From NCBI GenBank assembly GCA_013265495.1, contig MU061579.1, positions 2,725,319-2,789,318 on the forward strand: 64,000 nt of DNA, written 5' to 3'. The stretch's first letter is position 1. The number at the start of each line of letters is the position of its first letter. The position numbers were made by a program, and so were the translations under genes. Of the stretch, positions 1 through 12,782 are shown one piece after another. Source of the DNA: Vicugna vicugna (taxonomy: Eukaryota). Below the pieces are notes generated by a model. That model saw only the letters and a program-made list of their open reading frames with translations, ran no database searches and was not told where the DNA came from.

Positions 1-2572
1 CGATCCTGTTCTTAAAACAAGAAAAAAAACTGAATAAGCAGAAAACCTACACTTTGTCTTGTGTCCATTAAAGCATTGAGTGTACAGAACAAATTGCCTT
101 CCAGAAATCTGGAGAAATGGCAAATTCAGAAAGTCATGGTCAAGATCTGCCTTGATTGACAAGGTAGATTTTATTAAAATTAAACATTTCTGCTCTGTGA
201 AAGGTGCTGTTAAGAGACTCAAAAGACAAGCTAAAGACTGGGATAATTTATTTGCAATACACCTATGTGATAAAAATATGTACCCAAAAGATACAAAGAG
301 CTCTTAAAACTCAACAGAACAAAACTCAAACAAGCCAATTAAGAAATGGGCAAAAAATCTGAACAGACACCTCACCAAAGATATACAGGTGTTATACAAT
401 GATATGAAAAAATGCTCAACATCATTTGTTATTAGTTAATTGCAAGTCAAAACAACAAGAACTATTTTACACCTATTAGAATGGCAAAAATTTCAAAAGT
501 TGATACTATCAACTCCTTGCGAGTATGAGAAGCAACAGATACTTTGAGTAATTGCTCTGAGTAATTGAAATGATACAGCTATTTTGGAAGACATTTTTGC
601 AATTTTTCACTACACTAAATATAGTCTTACCAAAATATCCAGCAACTATGATCCTAGTTTTTACGCACATTTCTGAAAACTTATGTCCTCACAAAAAACC
701 TGCACATAAATTTTTATAACAGTGTTATTAATAATCACCAAAAACTGAAATAACCAAGAAGTCTCTCAACAGGGAACGAAAAAACTGTAGTACATACATG
801 CAATGGTACATTATTCAGAAATAAATGAAATTGAGCTACCAAGCCATGAAAAGACATGGACGAATCTTAAATGCAAATGATTACGAGAAATCTAAGAGAA
901 AGAAGCCAGTCTGAAAATGATGCATACTTTATAACTCCAAATGTATAATATTCTGGAAAAGATAAATTAGAGATGGTATGCAAATCAGAGGTGATGGAGA
1001 GTCAGAGCAGAGAATGAGGCAGGTTGAACAGATGAAGAACAGACTTTTCAAGGTGTTGAAACTGTTCTGTGTGATGCTGTAACATACACAAGATATTAAA
1101 TACTTGTCAAAATCCATAGAACTTCACAGCACAAAACGTAAACCTTAAGCAAATTAAAACAAACTTAGGAAGTCAGAGAGTCCCAGTTCGGAATGCAAAT
1201 GTGACAAAAGAATCCACATGTATTAAAAAAAAAAAAAGTAGTGAAACCACCTTCCTGAAGGGGATGAGGCTGGTGGAAGGTGCTGATAGAAGTAACTTCG
1301 GAGCGCGAATGGAGTGTGTAAGACTAAAGGCTAAGAGAACTGCCAGCAATCACTGTATCTTAGTTGATAAATTTATTTTCCAGGAAGATAGTGGTTAACA
1401 TTTCTGAGACTACTGTAGGTGTATATTGGAACTGAACAATTAAGTCAATGGTTGGTGACTAATAGGAGCCAGGTTTTCCTCTGTTGTAGGGGGAGGTTAA
1501 AGATAGGCAAGAAATAGGAGGCTAGAATAGAATATGTGGTAATGGGTAGAGCTGGAGACAGCAGTCTGAGCTCATCTTTAGATTAACATACATACAGTTT
1601 GCATATTTAGAAACATGACTACTTCAAATGAGAGGCCTTAAAGTAATGAGTAAACCTGACATCCAAATCGTGGTTTTGAAGACTATCCTCCAACAAAAGA
1701 AACCAAGGTTCCTTGGTGAACTAGCCAATTTCAGGAATGAGTCAAGAACTATACAACATGAGCCTGCAACATGAGCCTCGAAACAATTTCCACACCTGCC
1801 ATTGATGTAGCTTGTCAAAGGGATACAGGAGCCAAGTGAAAGTGTCCCCAGTAGCTAAAACGGGAACAATTCGAGCAAGAAAACAAATAAAAAAGTATTG
1901 GCTTTTAACCCAAAGAATAAAATATCATGAATCTATACTGACATAAAGGCATTATTGAATAAATGGATGAGAATAGACAAATCCCTGGTATAGAATTCCA
2001 AATAAATTCTGCACATATGCTATTCTTAAAGAAGTGGAATGTAATTTTCCAGTCCTTAAGTGTGGTCTGCACATAGTTGCCTTCTTTCAAAAATACAGTA
2101 TGAAAAAAGAAAAAAGTTTACATTAGAAAAACCTGACAAATGCTACCTCAAGCCAAGTGATCAAGGTTAATGTGACCAACAATGTTATGTTAACTGTGTG
2201 CATCCTTAATATATCATAAGAATGACCTTTGTGATCTTCCTCTCAAGAAACTACAATAGCCCAGTATAATCCTGATTGATCAAAACGTGATTACACATAA
2301 ACCCCAACTGAAGGACATTCTTAAAAACAAAACAAAACAAAAACCTAAACAGTTATCCTCAAGAATGTAAAGTAACCAAGAACAAGGAAAATCTGAGAAA
2401 ATGTCACAGTCATGAGGTATGACTAGAGACATAATGTCTAAATGTAATGAGATATCTCTGATGATATTCTGGGACAGAAGAAAGACATTAGGGAAAAACA
2501 GGAAATCTGAATAAAGTATGAACTTTCTAACCAATAAAGCATCAACATTGATTTATTGTTACAAATGTTAAT
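1..2572 (+). mobile_element. Old LINE-1 (L1MD/L1MC-type): 5'UTR-like piece (1-153) joined to ORF2 C-terminus and long 3'UTR
   Basis: From 154 the sequence reads as decayed ORF2 (IDKVDFIKIKHFCSVK...KRQAKDWDNLFA). The 3'UTR (ggaaaatctgagaaaatgtcacag...ggaaatctgaataaagtatg) matches the reverse-strand copy at about 24230-24480. Confidence 0.9.
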
Positions 2573-2574
2573 CT

Positions 2575-2707
2575 CTTTTTTTTTTAAATCCCCATCTTTC
2601 TTTCCTTTCTTCCTTCCTTATTCCCCCTTCCTCTACCCTCCATTTTCCCCTCCCTCTTTCTTTCCTTCTTTTTTCTTCCCTTCTCTCCCTTCTTCCCTTC
2701 CTTCCCA
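2575..2707. repeat. Pyrimidine-rich (CT) low-complexity tract
   Basis: About 130 bp of almost only C and T (ctttctttcctttcttccttcc...). Confidence 0.9.
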
Positions 2708-2914
2708 GTCATTTAACTTCTTGGAAAAAACTTACTATAGCTGAGAATATTTCTTGTTTAACTACATGGAAGAACATGAATTTCAAACTATTGCATAGTA
2801 TTTTAGAACTTGGAAACTGGTGGGCAAATTTTACTTGGCAAGTAGGGTAAAATCTCTGAAGTTTCATAGGTCTTGACACAAATATTATCTCATCTTTTTC
2901 TGGAGAAACCAACG

Positions 2915-3102
2915 TTTTCCTCAGTCTCCATCCAGCCAAACTTCCAGCTGCATGCAGCTGAGTGAGTAACTTCAGCCATATCCCAGGGAACAAAGAATTC
3001 TCCAGCTAAGTCCAGTTACCCATGTGAGCCTGAGAAATAATAAATTGTTTTAAGTTACTGAGTTTTAGAGTGGTTGATTATAAAGAAATAAAAACTGAAA
3101 CA
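2915..3102 (+). mobile_element. MaLR LTR 3' part (MLT1I/J/K-like)
   Basis: Ends with the typical MLT1 terminus gagaaataataaattgttttaag...agtggttgattata...aaactgaaaca. Confidence 0.75.
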
Positions 3103-3129
3103 TTAACAAAACTTAGAACTTCTAAATGA

Positions 3130-3770
3130 ATACAGATGCTAACAGCGACATACAAATAACAGCCATAAGCAAATTATTCATGTAAGAGAATACTTATTGG
3201 TGGATAAACATATGAAAATATGCCTAAATTCATGACTAATTAGAGATTAAAAATGAAAAGAATGAAGTCTGACTTCAAACTCATAAAGTTTATGATATTT
3301 AATACATTTCAAATTCTAAGTGGTTATGAGTATGAAGCAACACAATGGAAAAATATCCAGTGTTTTGTAATAGAAAAATTTAAAACAATATGAACTCCTT
3401 AAATAAGGTAATGTGTAAAAGAAAGTGATACATATTCAGAGCAGTGAAATCAAATCAAACTTGAGCTACATGTATCAACCTCATTAAATTATAGAAATAT
3501 AAAGCGAAAACAGCAAGTATTAAAAGGATATTTACATTATAGAACCATTTACTATATTTTTGAATAATGCAAAAAACTTCATACTGTTTAGTGAGCATGC
3601 GAAGGGTGTAATATGGTGAAAATACACACAAAGATGACAATCCTTAGTGAAGAGGAAAATGTAGATTCAAGAAGTCCTCCAAGACCAGCTGCAACTACAT
3701 TTGTAAATACCTTTTTTCTGAGAAATTATGAAACAAATACGATAAAAATGTTTGATTTCATAGAGTTATT
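3130..3770 (+). mobile_element. Ancient L1ME-type 3' fragment
   Basis: Degenerate L1 motifs such as ataaacatatgaaaatatgcctaaattc and gagctacatgtatcaac. Confidence 0.55.
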
Positions 3771-4784
3771 CTTTTAAAAAAAAACACCAACAGAATATTC
3801 ATGTTTTCAGGGTAAGAAATAAAGAGTGTTAAGTTATTTCTGAACCATACCGTGTTTTCTCCCCCGCAAAAAATCCTACTGATTTGCATGGACAAGTAAT
3901 TTTTGTATCTTCATGGGAGTTCTGTCCTTAGCCTGAAATGCCCTTATCATTGAATAGAGAATGTGTGAAGTTTGACATCTCTCTGGACTGATGTGGGATG
4001 CCAGATTCCTTATGGGTCATCCCAAATTCAAATCCATTCATTTCCTTTACTTTCCCTTGCACATAAAGTAATTGGAATATTTGGTATTGCATGTGTATTT
4101 TCTCCCTTAGCCTTCTTTCATTTTACTTTCATTAAAACAATATCTCAAGATAATTTCAAGGCTTTTGTTTTAATTCCGTCTTTCCAATCCAGGCATTTAA
4201 TGGCAAGAGTGACACAATTACTCTTCCATCTTCTGCTTCAGGTTCTGAGACCATGTCATGACCCCACAATGTCCATCATGAAAGACTTATTCTATCATCC
4301 TTTCTTGACTTTTTTAAGAGATTCCATGATCTAAACATCAACCCATTAGCTTAACTGAGACCTACTTCAATGAATAGAATAAAAGCTCCTCAGTAACATA
4401 CTGCTGACATGTGAAGCTGCAACCATGTTTCTCATGCAGTTCAAACAGTTTGTTTTACCACAAAAGTGACATTTTACAACCATCTGAAATTCTGAAGAAA
4501 ATGACTACACACCGAACATACAACATCATAGCTTGCTTCACTCAAGTTTCATTTCATCTATGTTGCTCGCCTGTCAAAAATTGCTACCCATTCTCTGCAC
4601 ATGTGATTTCTTTTTGTATTCAACTACTTCTTCGGTGTCTACACATCTTGTAATATTATTGCTAACAACTTGGTTAACTTATAGCACTAGCCCTGCAATC
4701 TCAAATCCTACCAGGCTAGTCCATTCAGTAAACAGGAAAACAGCACTGCTTCTTTTCCCATGAGTCAGGAAAACTAGGTATTTG

Positions 4785-4925
4785 CTGATGTGGCCTCAGT
4801 AAGCACTTTCTGTGGTCTTGGTAATGTCACTAAGCCTTCCGGGATTTCGGTTTCCTCATCTATATAATAAAGAAATTAAACTGATGGATACTTAAAATTC
4901 CTTCCACTTCCACATTTCTGTAACT
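4785..4925 (+). mobile_element. MIR (MIR3-like) SINE fragment
   Basis: Core ggtttcctcatctatataat followed by the MIR3-like tail ttccttccacttccacatttctgt. Confidence 0.7.
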
Positions 4926-5539
4926 TGGCTTCAAATATTATTTCAAAATAGAGTTTATAAGTTAGAATTATTGCCATTGCTTGCTTTTTTCAAAACAAGA
5001 TATTCATAGAAAAGGATCAGTTCAGTTTATCTGTATTTATCTGAGGTCTATTTTTTAAAACAATGATTCCTTGTAAAAATCTGTAAGTCTTTATTCTTTC
5101 TGAAGCAAGATCATTTTGGCGTTTCTAGACTTACTTCCTATGAAGGACAATAAAGCCCTTCTTGAAAGTTACCTAAAATGATTATCTCCCTTAGGACATA
5201 TCACTTTCCATTTACCTTTTTTTTCCCAGCAAATTTGACTCACTGATTTATGTACCTGATTCAGATTCCCTTTTTTTGTTTTTTGCATGTTTTTGAGTCT
5301 GATAATTATGACTCTTTTTATCAGTAGTTTTGGATATCACATAGAAGCTTATATATTTGTGCACTTTTTGAATTCTAGTTTTACTTCTGCATTGTTCAGG
5401 GAAGTAAGTTGATGACAAGGCTTAATCGTTTTGTAAAACAAAGTTATTAACTAACCAGTTAGAGATATCCCCACGTTAGAGAATTCTAGATAGTTTAGTT
5501 TTAAGTATGTTTTATAAGAAAACAATAAAACTCAAAAAA

Positions 5540-5843
5540 AAAACCTGTCACAGATCATAGAAGACTACAGAGATGTGATGACTGGATGCAATGTGGTGTA
5601 CTGGATTGAATCCAGGAATAGAAACTACATTAGTGGCAAAACTACTGAAGTCTAAATGAAATCTAGATTCTAGATGTTAATGGCGATATACTAATGTCAG
5701 TTCCTTAGTTAAGACAGCTTTACCATAGTAATGTGAGATGATAACCTTTGGGGAAATAGTGTAGGAATGTGGGAACTACCTTGTACCATCTTTGCAATTT
5801 TTGTGAATCTAAAAACATTTCAAGATAAAAGCTTATTTTAAAA
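5540..5843 (+). mobile_element. L1MC-type 3'UTR end
   Basis: tgcaatgtggtgtactggattgaatcc...tctttgcaatttttgtgaatctaaaa; related to the 3' end at 2400-2570. Confidence 0.8.
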
Positions 5844-6029
5844 TTGTTGTACCCAGAATGGATCTTTTTCATGGCATTTTGGAATGTTTTTCTAAAATAG
5901 GAAGTCTATGCAGTGACAGGACTCTCTTGGCTTTAAATATTTATCAAACCTATCAGTAGTGAATTTTCCCAGTTTATTATAGTGCAAGGAGAGGGAGACG
6001 ATATCCACAGACAAGCATCAACCTACACA

Positions 6030-7790
6030 ATTCACTTTATTCCAATCTGAATGAGGAAGAGTTAAAAGAAAAACCAAAAATAGCCTCTATTTTAAATATA
6101 TTCACTAACTGCTTTAGACCAAACTAGTCCCTTTAGATCCTAAAGAGCAAATCCATATCTAATATAACTGAATTTTATTTACTTAAAATAATTAAATCTA
6201 TTAGTGTTAAATCATCTGTGAACAAGTAATGTTTCTACAATTTTTTTTTAATTTTGCAAATTAGTGATGAAATAAATGAACAAACTTGTCAAAATTGACT
6301 AAACTACATTAGGTTTTTAATATTATCTAATACGTGGACAAACCTGTTAAAATTAACTAATCTGTATTATTTTAAAAAATAATCCAAGTAGAAAATCTAT
6401 CAAATTGAATAGATGGTATATTTTAATAATATAGAATGCTATAATTATACTTTTTAGAATATATGTTTTACTCAGAATTTTTTAGTGGTATTTTAGGTAA
6501 CATTTTAAACTAGTAGAAAAGCACCAACTAGTGTAGTGACTGGATTATCTTCACCGTTAAATAATTAACCAAATTATGCTATCAATTCCTAATTTAATTG
6601 CTTAAGGAAAATAATCCAAATGTCATTGACAAAGCAATTGTTATCTTTGCAAAGTCAAATACTTACAGTTGGATGAAAGTACAGATGTTTTTAATATGTC
6701 TCAATTTATGGTATTTGGTTCTGTTTCTATAAGGAAATATATAAGATGACACACTTTTTTGGTGTGTGTGTAAAATACCAAAGAAATTATGTACCAAAAA
6801 TATTCTTGGCAGTATTTTTTTTCTAATGAAAATTGTATAACTTTGTAAACATTAAGGAGGCAACATATTTGGGAACCAAAGAGAGAAAAAAACAGTGGTA
6901 AATTTACATACATACAGTACCGCATGTAAAATGTACTCATGCCATCATCCTTCACTACATCATAAATCAACAGTCTACTGTAAAAAAAAAAAACTTTAAC
7001 AATAAATAGATCTTGGGATGATTTAAGTAATTTTAACCATAAATAGCCTTTGTAGCATATAGAAGTTCACTGGGTAGTTCTTGGTGAAGTTCTTAAAAGA
7101 GTTGTCAAATATGAAGCTGAGATTTTCTTTTACAAAATACGGGTTGGAGATTTGCTGACCTCTACTCTAGTACCTATTACTAGATACTGCTTAGCAGATA
7201 GTTACAAAAAAGTGCAATCTATTCCTTTGAAGTGAAGATAAATTTTTAAATAAAGCTTCTCTTTGAAAGAGACAAATGTCATGGAGAGAATATTTTTGAA
7301 AACAAGTATTTGGAAATGTTTCTATCATTATATAATTTTCTTCCAGAAATGGCATCATCTGTAAAATCTTCTTTTGCCCATGTAAAACTCTTAAAAAGAG
7401 ATTCCTAGCTTGTTGAAAAATCTTTCAAATGTAGAGTATCATCGAGTTTTGAATGCACTTGATAAAAATATTAAAATGCAACAGAATCCAATTACAGTTG
7501 ACACTTGAACAATGCAGAAGTTTGGGCGCCAACCCTCTGTGCTGTAGAAAACCTGCATATAACTTCAGTGTGCCCTCTGTATCTGTGGTTCTGCATCCAT
7601 AGATTCAATCAACCTCAGACTGTGTAATATCATAGTATATACTTAGTAAAAAGACCTGTGCTCAAGTGGACCTGTGCAGTTCAAATCTATGTTGCTCAAG
7701 GGTCAACTGCAGTATGAAAAATAACAGATGGACATCAAGGAAGTTAAAAGGTTACTAGCTGAAATTTAATTAAAATTTTCACATAATTGA
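6030..7790 (+). pseudogene. Decayed hAT-Charlie (ZBED5/Buster-like) transposase remnant, interrupted by a Tigger MITE
   Basis: Hand translation gives LQLDESTDVFNMSQFMVFG at 6663-6719 and L*HIEVHWVVLGEVLKRV from 7050 (family motif HTEVRWLSRGKVLKR). YCLADS and LEMFLSLYNF follow, and EK*QMDIKEVKRLLAE appears after the MITE. Many stops and frameshifts. The 5' boundary is uncertain. Confidence 0.8.
7495..7709. mobile_element. TcMar-Tigger MITE (Tigger2a/MER8-like)
   Basis: Terminal inverted repeats cagttgacacttgaacaa ... ttgctcaagggtcaactg. TA on the left (7493-7494) and CA on the right (mutated TA TSD). Confidence 0.9.
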
Positions 7791-7809
7791 AATGTAGAAT
7801 AAAGAAATT

Positions 7810-8588
7810 TGTGGCAAAAACAGTACAAATAGATAAACTGAATTACATCAAAATTAAGAAACATGAATCAAAGGACACATTCATCCAACAGAATGGGAGA
7901 CTGTATTTGCAAACCATATATCTGATAAGTGGTTAATATCCTGAACACATAAAGAACTCCTACAGCTCAACAATAACAAAAACTGATTGAAAAATGGGCA
8001 AAAGGCTTGAATAGACATTTCTCTAAAGGAGTTAGACATTCAAAGGAGGAACAAGAGTCTGAAAAGAAGCTAGCATCTCTAATCATCAGGGAAATGAAAA
8101 TTGAAACCTAGTGAGATGTCACCTTACAACGATCAGAATGGTTATTTATCATCAAAAAGAAAATAACAAGGATTAACAAGGATGTGGAGAACTAAGTACC
8201 CTTGAGCACTGTTGGTTGGAATGTAAAATGGTAGAACTGCTATGGAAATCAGTATGGCACTTTCTCAAAAAATTAAAAATAGAATTACCATATGACCCAG
8301 CAGTTCTACTTCTGGAAATAAACCCAAAAGAATTAAAAGCAGGGTCTCAAAGAGATATTTGTATCTCCATGGTCATAGCAGCAGTATTCACAATACTCAA
8401 AAGATTGGAAATGAACCAAGTGTCCATCAATGGTTGGATGAGTAAACAAAGTGTGGTATAATATATACATGCAATGGAATATTATTCAGCCTCAAAAAGG
8501 ATGCAAACTGTGACACATGCTACAGCGTGGATGATTCTTGAGGATACATGCTAAGTGAAATAAACTGGTTGCAAAAAGAAAAATATTT
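7810..8588 (+). mobile_element. LINE-1 (L1MB-like) ORF2 C-terminal fragment
   Basis: ORF 8216-8461 reads [26 protein letters not shown], the ORF2 C-terminal motif. Confidence 0.9.
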
Positions 8589-8599
8589 ATCAGAGTCCT

Positions 8600-9690
8600 G
8601 ATCCCACTTTTTACTCAGTCCCTTGGTGATTTCATCTAGTCTTAGTACATTAAATTCAGCTTATACAAAGTTAATTCCCAAATGTGGATCTTCAGCCCAG
8701 AATATGCCCCTAAATTTCAGGCTTCTATAACCAATCGCTTGCTCAACATCTTCACTTACATACCTGATAGTCAGCTCAAACTTTCATTTCCAGGATCAAA
8801 TACAAATTCTCTACAGTCTTAACTTTTCTCAAAAAAGTATCTTCATCATCTAATTGCTCAAATCCTTGGAGGCATTCTGTTTTGGACATTTCTCATTCTG
8901 TTTTGGACGTTTCTCTTTCTGTTTATCTCACCCCATTCAATCTGCTAGAAAAGCTTTCCGGTTCTACCATGGAAATATATCCAGAGTCTGTCCACTTCTC
9001 ATTTTCCAGTGTGAAGATTAACACCCATAATGATCAAGTTATGTTCTAAGGTAGCTTTTGTCGGTGGCTTGGTATTTTGCACTTGGCTCAGAACTGATTT
9101 CCTGGTACTGCCTTCTATGTGCCCTCTCCAGTCAAGTCACCAACAGCCAGCTGGTTCTTTTAAAATGTTATCACATGCTGGTCACCTCTTTGGAATCCTC
9201 TGGTATGTCACTAGATCACACAGATTAAAAGCTTAAGTCCCTAGAATATGCTTCCAGCCCTTACCTGCTCACCTCTCCCCAAGAATCTGACATCATCTCC
9301 TGCAAATCCCTTACTTACTCCTTGTCAGCACACTGGCATCGTTGCTGTTTTTTTGTCTGGAATCTTCCCCCAGAGCTCCTTGGCTTGTTCTCCCACCTCC
9401 TCCAGATCTGTGCTCAAATGTCACTTTATAAATAGTGCCTTCCCTTACCAGTGTGCTTAAACTAGTAACCTCACATGCATCCCTTTCTCTCCCTCCCCCT
9501 ATTCTTTTTCTCCTTAGAACTTATTGCTACTTGACTTTTATCTCTATTTTACCTTTTTCTCTGTCTCCATCTCAAAATATATAAGTTTTGTCACAGTAGA
9601 CAATTTTTCTGTGTTCACTGCTATATCCTTGGTGCCCAACATAGTTCTTTATGCATAGTAGTTTTCCAATAACTACTTGTCAAATAGATT
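8600..9690 (+). mobile_element. LINE-2 (L2a-like) 3' portion
   Basis: Starts with the decayed RT region (cccttggtgatttcatctagtc...cttcagcccaga). Ends with the L2 tail gttcactgctatatcc...catagtagttttccaataactacttgtcaaat. Confidence 0.85.
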
Positions 9691-10649
9691 GGTAAAAGCA
9701 TTGAAGTTGATGATATAAATGGTCTACTTCTTGATATACTAAAATACTTTATTCCTTTTTTTTCCTTTAGTAGTGTCTTGTCAAACAAGAAATTGTATAT
9801 CATCACCTGCCTTGCTTAGTGTAGAAAAGTTGGATCAGTAGGAAGTGCTGAAGGCTTCTTTAATATGTAAAATTCTCTGTAACTGAAAAATTTTAATGCG
9901 AGCTAGGCTGATCATTGGAGAAGAAAATAGACAGCTAGGTATTATTTTTTGTTGTGAAGCATTATTTTCAAATGTAAAGACTGTCATCTTTTATAGTTGT
10001 AGTAACTTAATATTCACACATTTGAAGTTACGATGTTCAAAAATGTGTGTGTATTTTAATTTCAAGCTGCCTTTATTTCATTCTATACATAACATGCAGG
10101 CTGTTTCCAGGCAGATGATGTCAGAAGGCTAGAGATGTTGAAAAAGAAACAGAAAATATAAAATCTCTTTTGCAGACACTTTTGCTATTAGCTGAAGTTA
10201 TTAGATATCCATAGCCATTGCTATGACCAAGGTATATGGTGTATTAAAAAAAAAATTCCTGGTCCTGAGTTACCATAGCAGTAACTGAATTTTCACAAAC
10301 CAAGATATCTGACTTCCATGAACAGAAGTATGAATAGCAGATGGTTGTGAGGGAGCAAATTTTGGATGAATAGTAAGAAAAAACTTTTATATGACTTTCT
10401 AATTGAGGTTTTTGTCTGGATTGAATTGCAAAGTCATACCGTGATTTTATATAACTGGCTTTATTAGCATATACACAGATGACACTTACAAAGATTTTAT
10501 ATATATAGTGATAAGAATAAGTACTTCTAAAACACACTTACATCTGAGTAGTGAGACTTTGTAACCATGAAGTCATTGGATTTCAAATTTCCTGAATGTT
10601 AGGGTCTTTATGCTAAAAATTACTGAAAGAATCCCCTCGCTTTTGAATC

Positions 10650-10876
10650 CAGGCAACACAGTGTCAAATCCTGAGTTTCTGCCACTACCTAAAATGGCTT
10701 ACTTTGGCCACGTTACTTAACCCTCTGAGTTTTGGTTTTGTCATCTAAAAACGGGGACAATAATATCTATGCCAGTGAGTTGTTAAGGTATTTAAATAAA
10801 ACAGTATGTCTAAAGTTCTTAGCACACTGACAAGCATAGGCTAGGTACACAATAAAATCTAGCTATTTTTCATCAT
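10650..10876 (+). mobile_element. MIR SINE
   Basis: caaatcctg...gttacttaaccctctgag...tcatctaaaaacggggacaataata...cttagcacac. Confidence 0.85.
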
Positions 10877-11264
10877 AAATTAGGCAACAAATGTACAGGA
10901 AATAGAAGTCTCAATTATGTAGATATATTCTCTTCACTTTTTAATGACTTTTAAAATTCTGTTTATTCAACAAAAATGCATTAAAAGCACTGGCGAATAT
11001 GATTTAGATATTTAATATCATTTTATTTTCTACATTTGCCTACATCTCCATCTATCACATGATCATTCTTTGTCCACAGCTTTGCTCTTCCTCGTGCCTG
11101 TCCCTTGCCTTCTGAATTCCTAGCTACCCAGATCCTCTGACTGTGTTCGAAGGTGTGGGTTGGGTCTCAGTTTGTCCAATTATCCTTTTCTGATGGTTCA
11201 GCTTCTCTTTTTTCCCTGCTCTTAGATATTCTCAGTCCTAAAAATGTCATCACTTTTTTTTTTT

Positions 11265-11462
11265 TAGTTATAGTGGAAAATGTACTAGATTTACAGTTGG
11301 AATATGTGGATTCAATCTTAGCACTTATTTATATAACACTATCCAGATGAGGGTGAATTTTTTACAGTGGTAATATTACCTCTCTAAATGTCTTTATGAG
11401 TATCTGTCAATTGAAAAGCACTAGTAAAAACAAAAATTATATTATTAATACAACTATTATTG
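11265..11462 (+). mobile_element. Degenerate MIR
   Basis: tatagtggaaaatgtactagattt...ggattcaatcttagc resembles the MIR 5' end. Confidence 0.5.
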
Positions 11463-12782
11463 TTTCTTACAAACTTGACAGTGCTAACATGTCAGGTTTC
11501 TGAACTCTTGTCACATTTTTATCATTACACAATTAAATATTTTAGCTTTATCAAAATATGAAGTATATAAATAAAGAAGAAAATATTTTTTCTGATTTTC
11601 TTATGCGGAGAAAACTATTATTGATATTTTGCTGCATATTATCTTTCTATATATACACATATACATCAATGCACATATATACTTCTAAAAATCAAAAATA
11701 ATAATACATCTAGTGAACTGCATTTTAAATTATGTTCAACACAGGTTAAGAGACCAAGTTGGAGACTAAGAATAAATTAATAGACATTCATTGCCGATGA
11801 GTGGCTGTGTGGTAAAGTGCCCACAAACAGCGCAGTGCTGTTCAGGGCTCGGATGCACCATCTCCATATGTTCATGAAAGCTCGTTATTAATGAGTCTTG
11901 AAATGGCATCAAGGTAAATGAAGTTTTCAGGTTGACTTCATGAGATGAGTCAGGGTGTGCACATGCAAGCAGCATTTCACAAATCACATGTTAAAAGTCA
12001 TAGAACTTTATAGCATAAGTTTTCTTTAGAAGACACAAAGTTGACAATCACAGAGTTGAAAATGAACCCATTGGTTCAAAATTTCAAAAGAGATTCTTTA
12101 GTCTTTGTTATCTCTGAGGTAAACAGAACAGAGTGGTATTTGTAATCTCCTGATGATGGAGAAAGGCTGCATCTAATTGGGGATAAACCAACGTAGAACC
12201 ATTCAGATGATTAACTCTTACAAATATACATAGCTCATCTTCGGAAACATACATCTGTAACCTAGTGGGCACTCAAAAAACTGCCATAATATGATAATAA
12301 AGCTTTAAATTTCTCTGCTTATATTCAATAAGGCTCTCTTTAGAATTCAAGATAATATTAAATATTAATTGTATTCTGGTGCAGGAATCCCTACTAGTGT
12401 CTTAATTCCTTTCTAAAAGGATATTTATTAAAGTGTAAATTCAGGTTATTGTTATAGTAGAGAAAAGACAATTTGGAATCTAGAGAAACTATAGCTGGGA
12501 CACAGGCCACTGGATACTGACTATAGGAGCGGAAGGGAAGATACAGTCTGCCATGAGATAATCTTGGCAATATTTCAGCTTCCTTATTTTAAAGAGTAAG
12601 AAAATAAATAAGGGATTTAGATCTTAGACACCTATGTAAGGATAGGAAATGACTGTTTGTAAGGGACATAAGTGTTCAAATATATATATACATATATATT
12701 CTTACATTTGTTTTACTATGTCTTTTTGAAATCAGTGTTTATCTGATTCTTACACGCAGTTTAGTTTCAGATGAAAATGCAC

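Noticed and set aside
3972..4334. Longest ORF (120 aa)
   Set aside because: TTG start, no recognisable domain and no exon structure; this length can occur by chance in 64 kb.
9947..9980. FCCEALFSNVK resembling the hAT dimerisation motif, as a possible continuation of the Charlie remnant
   Set aside because: A single short motif with no flanking similarity; probably chance.
10130..10200. Possible old L1 RT fragment (aaatctcttttgcagac)
   Set aside because: Too short and degenerate to support.
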